Assembly (NCBI GenBank): GCA_051362555.1
Contig: CM120646.1
Location: 10,230,001 to 10,294,000, forward strand
Direction: 5' to 3'
Length of the DNA stretch: 64,000 nucleotides
Origin: Lingula anatina
Taxonomy: Eukaryota > Animalia > Brachiopoda
In this document: piece by piece, positions 1 through 12,700 of the stretch
Layout: every line of letters starts with the position of its first letter
Numbering within the stretch: the stretch's first letter is position 1
Position numbers and translations under genes: made by a program
The notes under the pieces: generated by a model
Told to the model about the DNA's origin: nothing
The model's input: only the letters and a program-made list of their open reading frames with translations
The model's database searches: none

Positions 1-1089
1 CTGGCATTAACAGTCGGGTCAGTTGTTAATGATGCAGACGGATAACGTATGCTAACAGATTGTCTTCTTAAATATGTTTAATAATTATAGACATTTTTGG
101 AAGAAAGTAGTGGCAAATGTGTGCACCTTAAAATCTACTGTATCTCTTAGACAAGGACATGAAGAATGTGAATCAATTATCTCAATAAAATATCATATCA
201 ATGCACATACCAAATCTTTGACACATGCACTGGCTGATTGCAATCCACTTCTACATGCTGTGAACCCCTATCCTACTCTAAATCAACACCGTGTAATATT
301 GGCATAACTCACCAATTATGGTCAGATGCTTCTAAACTGGACCCCATTTCACAAAGTATCCTTATCTAAACTAATTGAAAGATTCACTTTAAAATTTTCT
401 CTATGTCAACAAGGGCAATACCAATTTATCTCCACTGCAGAATTTTCTAAAATATGTTCTTGACTAAATGTCTAAAAAGCACCACAATTTTAAAAGCTGC
501 CCTTCTTGTTTAAATTAAGTGTTTCTAGCACTAAACTTCTTAAATGACTACAAGGCAAGTTGCACAACATAAAAGAGTAAAACTTTGTATACAATTAGTA
601 CAAATATTTTTCTTCCATTTCTTTAATTTGTCATATTTGACATCTTTTTTTCCACAAAATACCAAATGTAAACTATTTATTACCTTTTTCAAGTAGGCTG
701 TCCACGGGGGTAAGAAGACTTATGTGAAAATGTCTAAGTATGATGTAAGGAGTGATGACATCAATTTTTGGCAATGGCCTGTTGAATATCCTCTACATTC
801 AAATTTAAAAAGTATCAAAATGACTTACTGGAAAACAAAATGACTAACAGTAACTATATCCTATATCAGTAAAGATTCAGTCCATCAAAGGACATAACAT
901 GCACCTATATGGAGGACTTAAAATAGTGGGGGTCAATGAGGTCACCAGAGGTCAATCTGAAGGTCATGTCATGTTGAGCAGCAGCCAGATATGTATGTTA
1001 TATCTTTGTCTTTAAATAACTGGGAACTTGTCTCCTGGGGGTCTTTACTCCAAAGATATTTACAATATGGTCTCTTTGTAACTTTATTT

Positions 1090-4000
1090 TTAAAAGACTG
1101 GAATTTTGTCTCTTGGGGTCCTCACTAAGTCATCATCCAAGGTGAGAAGAATCTGAAACAAAATAATTACAAGCTAGACTGATAACTGCAATTTTAAGAT
1201 ATAACTGGACTTTGAGTTTTCCTAGTAACAAAAAAAAACAAAACAAAAAAAAAATGCACCAAATAAAACATTGCAATTTATAACAAGAAAGATATTGTGC
1301 AGATTTCAGGCCAATATTTAATATGTCTACTACAAAAAATGAGAGAAACAATAAAAAATGAAATATAAACTGATATGTGTGTCCTGATGAAAAATATATA
1401 CTTCCAGTAAATTTTCAACTTTTTATTTCCTATACTAACTTTTCAAAGTGCACTTGTGACAGCTTGCATTGCAACACTTGACTATTTACATTTGAAAACT
1501 GAGACCATCACTGAACAAGGACCGAGGTAGGCATAACCTGTCTCATATATGGGACAGTACTTCAGTGAGCAGCTGTCACTCCCTTGTTTACTATACACTG
1601 TCTCCTGACATCTGTACATGTGTGCTTGATCAAGGAATTATATCCAATATAATTCCCTGGCTTGATGAAGTCCCAAGTTTTAGGACGAAAGCTTTCACAG
1701 GTATGCTTTCCAATAGTTGATGAAGGAAAGTTTACTCTACATGTGTGAGTGTGTGTGAGACAGAGAGAGAGACAGAGAGAGAGAGAGAGAGCGTCTCACC
1801 ATAAATGACAGAAAGAGGGCAGTAGCTGACAGGAAGTGCCACACGTCATGTTGGTCGTAGAACTGCAGTAGCATGCATGGTTGGTTACCTTCTCGAGACT
1901 GAGCAGGGGTCAACTGGAAAAATATATTTACCTGTCTAAGTATCATTTCCTTTTGCATAAATTAAAGTAATTTGTGACATATTGATCTAGAGATTGGTCT
2001 CTTTTACAAATATGACAACTAGTGAGAACAACAGAATTACACAATCCCACTAACACACAAGTAATTTTATCATCTGACAAGACATAACAACAGAAAGCTG
2101 AAGTATGTATGCATTAAGACAGAAAATTTAAATCAGTCAAACAAAGACTGACAAAATACTACAGCCATCTAAAAACTTCTGTGTCAATGTATAAAATGAT
2201 TCTAGGACAATTTGATTAATCCACCCAACCCAAGGCCCCCCACCCACCCTGACAATTTTCCTCACCCATCCCAAAGAAAATATGTTTTAAATCATTTTTT
2301 ATAATGATCTATTTAAAGCATTTATACATTTCCTGTGTATTTTAATCCTGATTATGGATTCTTATCTATAGACAGAAATATTGGCCATTTTATAAATTGA
2401 GATTATCTGTTTACTTCACCTCTACCTGTTGGAAATGCACCATGATTAAAGGCAGAAAACTAGATAAAGAGGGGCAGGGGAGTAAAAACCACTAGTTTGT
2501 CAAAGGGACACCTGGATGATTTAGATTTTTGTCAAAAACCCACATGGCAAAAGTGTCTGTTCACCAGTCTGACACGAACAGGCAAAAGCCAGATAGGTTA
2601 TTAAAATGGCAAGTTGGCAGAACAAAATATCACTATTATATCTTTATATCATATTAAATTATTCTTAATATCATCTTGTTTACTACTAATATCATAATAG
2701 TGAATAAATTCATATGCATCCCGAGTATGTACTTACCTCCCATGAAGTAAGTCTGGCCATGAAAAACCAAAGAGCAAAACCCCAAGTGATGCCAGCCAGC
2801 AAGATGAAACAGCAAGGAATCAGCATGATCTTTTCTTTGTGGCGAATCTGAAACCAGGAAAGCATTTGTATTCTTGAAATTTTGAAGGTGGACCTATATG
2901 CAAGTTGTTGTTTTATAAACATAATATCCATGCTCTGATTACAAATTATTACATGCCAATTATACACTTTGCTGCTCTCCCCCCCCTCTCTCTCTCATCA
3001 ATACCTTCATTGCTATGTAAAAGGCAGTATACAGAAGCAGGTTGATGATAAATATGGCCAACAGGTAGGATGCAAAGTCCTTGGGGCGCTCAATAACACC
3101 ATAAAACGCCCTGGAAATACAAAGCAACAGATCAAAATTGATAACATGGTGCATTATTGGGCATAGGTACTAGTACACACATTTCTGTATCTGTCAGTTT
3201 CTGTCTGACAAATATAATAAAAAACTAAATAAAAGTATATTCCAGGAAAGGATTCAATCAGGATTCAAGAAGAATGTTAAAGAATTTATGACTGTCTCTT
3301 AAAAAATACAGTATCTTTAAAAATCACAATTTCCCCTACTGAAAAGAACAAGTCTTTTACTGTACAGTAATAGTTTTTTCATACAACAGTTCCAATACAT
3401 ATATGCATCACTTATATTAAACATTAAAGTGAATTTTACTCGTTTGAAGAAACTATAAGTTAAACTGCAACTTTAAACAAAAACATATTTACCCTACCTA
3501 GATGGTATGATAATTATATTTATCAAGGTACTTACAAAGCCCAGTTACACAGATTGCCAATCACCAGCAGCACGGCTCTGTCCACATACATGGGGCGCAC
3601 ACACTTCAGCCGATCAATTATAACAACATTCCAGATACGTTTAAATACGCCCAAATCTGAAATATAGGAATAAAAAAGTAACAAGTGGAAATAAAATATT
3701 TGAAAAACTACAAGCACTGATAAAAAAGAATGTAAGTAAAATATATTTCCTACACAGTCTCCCCCAGTCAACAGTTTGACTATTCAGTAATAATGCAACA
3801 ATGTTACCATGCTGACCAATTATGTTGCAGAATAAGTGTTGTCTTGCAATGATAACATGTTTGGGACAACTGAATTGCTCTAAATTTGCAGGTAATTACA
3901 GTAATCATAACAGGCAGTCCACACTGGCAGGACATTACCACAGACAGTTATATTTTACCTCCAACTACCAGTATGAAAGAGGCCACATTTTCATCAACAT

Positions 4001-6717
4001 TGGTCAGTCTACTTTGTATTTAAGTGGACAAAATATTTTAGGAAATCCATCACACAATCTCATTCAATTTACAATTTCAACTGAATCTCGCAATTTTTCA
4101 AATTATAATGAACTTTTATATTAATTGCCTTTTTTTGTGGTGGAGGTCTGTGTTCTAGGAATAATCTATAGTTTTAAAGTAAAAGGGTGATTTGCGAATT
4201 ACACAATTTTCAACTGTATTCATTTATCCTACATATATATTGTTCAGCACAACTGGTGGCCTTCATGTATAGTTTTTAAAACATGCGCTATTTCATTCTT
4301 CTAAACATTTACCAAACTAGACATACCATTATACAAGCATGGATTGATAAATGTAATATTATATTTCACTAAGTACAAACACAAGAAGTGCAAGATCTAA
4401 ATGTACCAGTCCTGTTGTCTTTCTAGTGTTGATCTATATATGTTGTAATAATGTTAGGACTCGGTGAGCCATGGATTAAATCACAGCAATTTCAGAGTAA
4501 TTCTATGGAACTGTATCCCATACGTCATATGCAAATAACAGGGATTGACAAAGACAACACCTAGAAACAGAATCATAGAAATGACTTAAAAGAATGACAC
4601 ATAAAATGATACATATAAAAGTAAAAGTGTCACAGATGTGACAAATACAGTACCCCTGCCAAGACACTCCCATATTGTGGCCATTTTTCCTCTGGGGGCA
4701 CACAAAATTCACTGATGAATAGAGTAGTGTTGAGGATAGATAAGCTTTAATTGCTATAGGACTCAAGATAACAGACAATTTCAAAAAAATTATTCTGGAA
4801 AAAATGCAAGTGCCCACATGTAAGTACCATGTGTTAACATCTTGTTTTATCAGAATATTTATGTGTTCCTGAGATTAGAAAAACATACCTGATGACCTAT
4901 ATGAAAGAATTCATCAAATGACCCTTAATTTAAATTCAAATGAAATATTGCACTTGCATAGAAAACTGGGCCCAAGGTCAAATTTCAGAATTGACGCATA
5001 TGACTTTCTATTTTCTACACTGGTCCCATACAGTGTCTCTACTGAGTATCATCATCCTACATAAAAAACTGGGAAAAAAAGGAATAGGATTTACCATTAC
5101 TTTTTTTTTTTAAATTTTAAAATAGACGGAATAACCTCGAGTGAGGGCCTTGACCTTTAACCCGATGGCCTGAATAACCACAGTGCACATATCTACTCCA
5201 GTCATGACCAATATCCTAACCAACTATCAGGACCCTTGGAACAAACAAAGCAAAAGCAAATTTCAAATCGGGTACAGATGGACACCCAGAGGATAGGACA
5301 ACTAGCCAGCAGTGTGGTTCTAGTGTACTCCCTAAACATCTGTATGTGGAGGTATAAAAAAGCAATTTTATAAACAAAATGGCTGAAAACTGTCTTATTG
5401 ACTACTTGGAAATACGGCATGCATATGCTTCAATTAAGGCATAAAAAAGACAAGGGTACAAGCAGAGACTTACATGTACACCCTGCAAAGCACTTGTTCA
5501 TTTTGTTTTCAAATCAATTGTTATGTTGTGCAAAATAAATTTAGCACACTTGTGTTAATATCATATCTAGCTACATCCCATAAAATATCCAGTTAAAATG
5601 AAAACATAATTAAAACAGCATGGCCAAAGGCATATATAGGTGCAAAATAATAAATTGAAATAAAAGAGGTTTTCAACATAAAAAACAATTCCATTCAAAC
5701 ACCAATCAACTTACTTGCTGCTGTAGCAGAATTCCAGAAAAGAAAATATAATCCAATGTTATTTTGCTTCTATTTCAAAAGATAACCCAAGCTTAGTAAC
5801 TGTTTTTACTGACATTAATGAGTAAGACTGATCACTATATATAAACATAAAAACATGTATAGAGTATAGAATATACAGTTGAGCTCAGAGAATATGACTG
5901 TTTTGTGTGAGTGTGAATGCATCATAAACAGGATGACTTTTGAAAAGATGACTGAAAATGCTAATGATTATGACATGCTCACACCAAATCAATTGTTGGA
6001 TATATGAGAGATCCAATAAATTTGGAAATTTGACATTATTGACACTTTTAAGCTCTGGAAGCATGTCCAATCTTTGGTGCTGCATTTTTTGGAACAGAAA
6101 GATTTGCAAATATCTGCTTGCAGTTCAGACACTTTGGAAGAGTTTTTAAGTTAGAGAAAACAGGCTGGTGATATAGTTCTTGAAGTGGACATCTGGGACA
6201 GAGTATAGAACCCATCACTGAACTGCAAAAGAGGACTGAGATTTAATCACTCCCACATCTAGGGGAGGGTTCTTCAGTTGACAGCCAGTTGTCTGACCAG
6301 TTACGTGACCAGCACATTGAGTCAGTGACATTTCCCTATTGAAGGTAGTTGGTACTCATTGCAATGTTGGATCTTTATCTTATTATACTTCAAGTCTAGC
6401 ATTATAAAAACATTATATAAAACACTGCTTCATTTTGAAATAATATTGCTGGCATATATGCCAATTAGTTTCATAAATAGTTTTATACATATTTGACTAA
6501 ACAATAACTAAATGAAACTATCACATATATCAGTAATAATTGGATGATAACCAGTTTCCTGACCTGCTTTTTAAGAGGAGTAATCCCCGTGAGTTTGAAG
6601 CTGTCAACATTACATCCCAGTACTGTTACAGCAGTAATAGAAGAAAGGTGCTCATCTCACTAACTGCTCTGGCACCATGGACAGACACAGCTGATAGCAA
6701 TATCCACATACAGACAC

Positions 6718-6752
<35 letters not shown>

Positions 6753-9700
6753 AAATCAATGAAGCCTTCATGTCTTCATCTTCCATCTTTCCATAGTAGA
6801 TCTACAGACACTGTGTCTATATATACAGAAAACAATGAAGCCTGTCACTCACCCATCTTCCATCTTCCCATGTAGTAGATCTCCACTGTAAACACCATAC
6901 AAGCCAACATGTGCACCACAGTCAGCACTATCCAGAATAACAATGACCCATAGACCTGAAACAAACAAAAAAGATTGATTATACTAAATAAAATTCTTGT
7001 CAGGCCTTTATATTTATTAAAAAACTAATTTCCCTTCAGTTTTAGCAATTTTCTCTTCATCAAAAATGATACCTTATCCAAAACTGCTGTAAAAACCCAT
7101 ATTGCCTTGTCAATTCATTGTTCAATCCTAATTGGACTATGTGTCAAGTAATAAGCAAGAATCACATATAACAGTAACTGTAGAAGGAAATGGGAAAAAT
7201 GCATACAACATTTTGTTCAACTTAATGCATGAAATTAGGTTCATAAATGACTGTCTGACAAATATCATCATTTATATTCTAAACATTATATCAAATGTCT
7301 CTTACCACCCCAATGACAGCTATAAAGATGACAAAAGCCAGGCAGAAGTAGCTGGAGTAAGCTGTAGCACTGATATCTGGATGACGACTTTGATAGATCT
7401 TCAACATGCACAGTACAGCTATCACGTACATAAAGGATGTGTCTAAAAAACCATAACAAAAGTATGAATTCAAATTAAATGTCAACCTTAAATAATTTGA
7501 CATGTCATCAAAATGACTATAGACATTTTCTCAGAGATTAACTGCATGTCTGGATAACTAAGGTCACTGCAAGTCAGCCAGACTCGGTAATATAAGCCAG
7601 CTAGTTCATTTTAACCATAAGAAAATTATGTTCACAAATAATGTTCACAACTTATCTATATTATTATGTCAATATTCTATATCAGCAATCATGACCTTAC
7701 CAAACTGAAAATTGGTGTAGCTGGGGCATACATGATAACATCCACTCATGAACCCCTCCATGGCAAGTGCCAGTCCCATAGCATAAAACAGCCCAAAGTG
7801 CTGAGGTATACCATACTCCTGAAACATAATTTTATACAAGCTACAACAATGGACATTCACCCAGAGAGAGCCCTAAGTCTCACAATTTAGCATAAAATCA
7901 AGTAAGATTTGACTGATTGCAGTAAGACCTTTCAGTCGCCAATTGTTCTTCATCACCTGGGAGTCTGGGAGTAAACAGTCAATACAGTTTGGCCAGAGAA
8001 CTGAACATAGTTATCAAATAGTGATGGCATCTTGTAAATGTAAAGTGTTCGGTAAGCAGGTGCTGCACTTCAGTTTTAGGGATTTGTGACTGCCATGACA
8101 CAGCTGAAGGATTTTACCATAAGTTTTGAATGTCAAAGTGAGTTTTATATATATTTCTTTTATAGATGAATTTCCTGATGCAGTGAAATCGATCCAACGA
8201 GTTTAACCCTACTTGCTAAGAGGTTAACCCTACTTCAAACAGATTCCATGAGATGAGGACACAGGTCTTTGTAGTTTATGCGGGTATGCAGTGACTTGTA
8301 TCAGGAGCAAGCAGAGCTGGCAGACCTTGAGTAAAAACCACGAGTACCACCAGTGCTCACACAGGTGGCACAATAAAATTCAAAATATATAACAACTGTT
8401 ATAGTATTCAAAGTTAATAATTATTCAAGTTACAAATGGTAAAAACAATTCAATCATCCTCTTTTACATGAATTAGAGAAATCTAGAAAAGTATAAATGC
8501 AATATCCAGGGAATTTTTGGGTACAGCTAACAAGAAGACAAAAAACTGAGTGAGAGGAAGCAAAACTGTTATTGCTATGATCATAATGAACAGGAGGTGC
8601 ATCATAAGCTTCAAGAGAAGATCACTTAAAGAAGATAAATCGAATGCTATCAAATAACATAATTAATTTTATATGCATCAGCATTTCAATTGCCTATAAT
8701 TTTGATTAACATTCATTTAGAAAGTGATTTTGTAGAATCAGAAGAAAAATATTAATCATCCTTATTCTAGATTGGCAGTACAGTCATTGAAATGACAGCA
8801 AAAGAAAGCACATGACAGAAAACATGCAGAATTTTATTCTGAGAAAACTTTCAAATTAAACTTAAAGAAAAATCAAGGATATCATGATACTATTATTCCC
8901 CATCACCCCTGCAACAAAGACATTGATTTGGAAAAAAATATGGTCTGATTTGGGGAAGATTGCAGAGTTTCCATGGGCCTGTGCAGATGTCTTTTCTTTT
9001 TTTTTTTTCAGCTAGAGATCCAGGAATGACACAAGTACAGTCATTATACCAAGAGACTCACAGAAACTGATTCAATGATCCACAGTATCTGGGCAAGATG
9101 GATAGCAAAAAAACTTTTTCAACTGGACAGCAAAGCTGAGAAATATACAACCAACAAACAGAATAGGTCAATTGCACCGAGTCTCTTAAACATAAACAAG
9201 CACATTCCAGTAAACAACTTTATGTTTACAGTAATGGACATTATGAAATGTTCATCTGACTTCTAAAACTAGACTGTTTCTTTTGCACTGAGCTGAGTAT
9301 TTTTTACAAGTTTTCAAGATGTAGTAAATGCAAAATGACTGTACTTCTATGGTTTTGCAAACAATGTCAGGTGAAAGAGTATTTCCAGACAATAACAACC
9401 ACCCAAGCCTATTGGTAAAAAAGTATGAAAGTGCAGTGTTGGTAAAACTGTGCAATTCACATGACTCTTGATGATGATTTTCAAACTCAATCTGCCAAAC
9501 TGCAAACACAAAATAAACCTGTTTGATTCAAAATAAGATGAAACATATGATTTGGTATTATGATCAGAAGGTTGCAAATAAAATTAATACAATAATTATC
9601 AAAAAATATAATGAAATCAATCCAATAATGTTGATTTTCAAACTCAACCAGTCTTTTTGCAAAACAAAACCTCATAAATTTGAAGTAAGACAAAAATATA

Positions 9701-12700
9701 GATAAAAGTAATCATTTAAAGTCAGGGTGTTCACACACAGTCTAAGATAGGAGTTGCAACAACTTGAACCACATCCACCTTTATAACTGCTGGAAATTAG
9801 TTATAATCTATACATTATCAATAATAAATATCATCAACAAACCTGATTTGTCTGATGTAAATCACTGATATTATGCCAAAATATCATTCAATGTTTGATT
9901 TATAGGGAAAATCTGAGGTTAATTAGCAAAGAATATAAGCAAGCCTTGCACACCTTCTTTGCTCCTTACCTTCTTCCTGCGTTGCTGTCTATTAAGAGCC
10001 GCAGCAGCGTCAACATGCCAAACATTTGTCTAAAATAGCATGCACTTATAGTGGCACTTACACTTAGTACTCCAAAGTTTTGACATTTAAAAATGAACAT
10101 AAACACACCTAGTCTATAAAATAACATATACGTACAGGAGAAAATACAACAGGGTGGGACCAAAATAAAGATACCAAAAACAAGAACCTCAAGGAAGTTC
10201 CTGAACATTCAAAACACTTAAATTGAGAAAAAAATTCTGTATGAGAACATCCTTTTTCTTCTTTACCATAGATTGCCTAACTTAAAAGTATAGTCATGAA
10301 TTTGGTGTCAATTTTTAAGACAAGTTCACTGTAGAAGTAATCAGCCTGGTGCTTACACAACAGTGGCCCACCTGACTGCTGCCATCAACCAGACAACACC
10401 TAGGCACTGTCTCTACTTTGTGCTAATGACAGACTCCTTTTTCAACACTTGATACGTTATAAGTTTTCAGGGGTGATATTGATAAGAAAACTAGATGGGG
10501 TAACATTGGCATCTGGTATGACTGTCTCTTGGTCCATGACTATTACAAATTATTACTCTTAAAACTAAAAACTATTTACTTTTAGAGAATTTTTTCTACA
10601 AATGATAAAAAGAATAAATAAATAAATTACAAAGCTGGTGAAGTCAATAAAAATGTATAAGAACAAACAAATATAAAAATAATAATAATCAGTGCACAGT
10701 AGAAACAAAAAGTAATGAGGGTGATACAGTGTCAAACAAGTCTCCAACAACTTCTTACCCTTTCATAAATGTCATTCCTCTCGACAGCTTTCTTGTGCAA
10801 ATAGTCCCTAAAATAGAGAAAAATCATTTTAGAAATAGGAGGCAATCTTAGGTGATATGAAACAATTTTAAACTATGGAGGGTAATCAGAGTCCTTTCCT
10901 ACGCTGAACTATTCATCTGAAAATCGAATTATTTGGACTGAAAATAATGTCCGTAAATATACAGTGTCCATGCCATACCATGAAATCAATATAACTTAAC
11001 ATGATGTAACAAAATTTGCTCAAATACGACTGTCGTAAACCGCAACGCCTGGCCTCCATGCTTATGCCTGTTGCACCAAGACAAAATGACTGTCTTAACT
11101 ACCCCCAAGCACAACAACATTAATAATACACAAGTCAGCATCACATATCAACTGCACGTTGAAGGAATGTCCACCCTTTCTGTTGACAAATTCCCATTCC
11201 TTTTCACTTAGAGCTATGATAGGGATTTGCATGCCATCTACGCACCCAATGACAAGTGGAAAGCCTGCTAACCTGTAGAACTTTCCCTTGCTTTCAGCAA
11301 CAATTGCATCACCAAGGGACATGCCTACAGATTCATCAAACCTGCATACTATTGACATGCCACATGGTTTATGACTAGACTTGCTGTACTTCGATGCACT
11401 TTTACCATGTCTCCTGCCAAAGACTGGAAACATCCTGACACAAAGTAATGTAGTGCAATAAGGACTTGTAATACAGGCAATAGTGCATTGTTTCAGCGAC
11501 TCTGAAAGTCCAAGTCATTTCCAATCATGTTTGTAAGGTCCAGAGTGGCCCAGCGATCCATTCTAAACCGTTCATACAGCTCTAAATCATCATATACATC
11601 CACAGGGTTAACTTTGTCCCTGATAACCCTTTCTCGCCTTAGAGCTCTTTGAAAATTGTCATCAAATTCTCTGTGAACAAGCCTTGCCATCTTGCTACAA
11701 CTGACTTACACCACCTACCTGGTGGGCATAAATTTACAACAATGTTAAGACCAATGTAAAAACTTTGGTGTAATTGGCTTTTCTCAGGTGTAGTGTTTTG
11801 CAATGGATTTATGCCAGCGCAACTGCTACGCCTAACTTATGTCTCGTTGGCCCAGGATTATAATTTGAGCACATTTGAAAAGGTTGATTAAAATTTCACA
11901 ATATTGCACTAGCTCCAATATTTACATTTACAAGATACCTCAATTTTAGTAACTCCCAGTACCGACACCCCAGTGACACTTATCCTCGTAATTCAATGTC
12001 GCAACTTAATACAACAATATCTCGATGTATTTCAGATTTGTAAGGAGCCAAGAAAAGTCTCTCTTACCGTCTCCAAGTGAGCCCCAGGAAGAGCAGGCCC
12101 AGCATGATATAGCCAATGTTGCTGAAGACATTGTTAAAGCTGCTGAGCACCCCCAGTGGATGTGAACACAGGAAGTTGTAATAGCAGAGGTCCTGGTTGC
12201 CTGTCACATGCAATACCTACAAATACATCATAGAATGTGTACAATAAGTTCTGGTATCAGATATCTTGGTTGCCCCTCACATGTAGTACCTCCAAATACA
12301 CCATAAAAACTGTAATAATAATAAATGACTTATATGAAACAGTGGTAACGAATTATGAAAGATTAGTTCAATTACATGCTAAAGAGTTGTATTAGGAAAT
12401 TACTGACTGGATGACATTAAGGCTTCGTTCACATGGAAAGTCTATTTTCTAAAAATCTATTTTCTATTCGCGGTATCTTATGATCAGGGTATGTGCCCTG
12501 AAATATCCTGCAGCGTAATTACTGGCAGCACGAGCCAGTTACTTATAGCAACTTATAGTAACTGGCTCGCCCTGCCAGTAATTACGCCGCGGGACATTCA
12601 GGGCACAGACCGTGATCACAAGATATACCGCGAAAAGAAAATAGATTTTTAGAAAATAAACTTTCCATGTGAACGAAGCCTTAGTGAATAAATAATTAGT

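Noticed and set aside
11095-11690. Domesticated HARBI1 gene nested in SIDT
   Set aside because: It has in-frame stops, a frameshift and loss of the C-terminal catalytic region.
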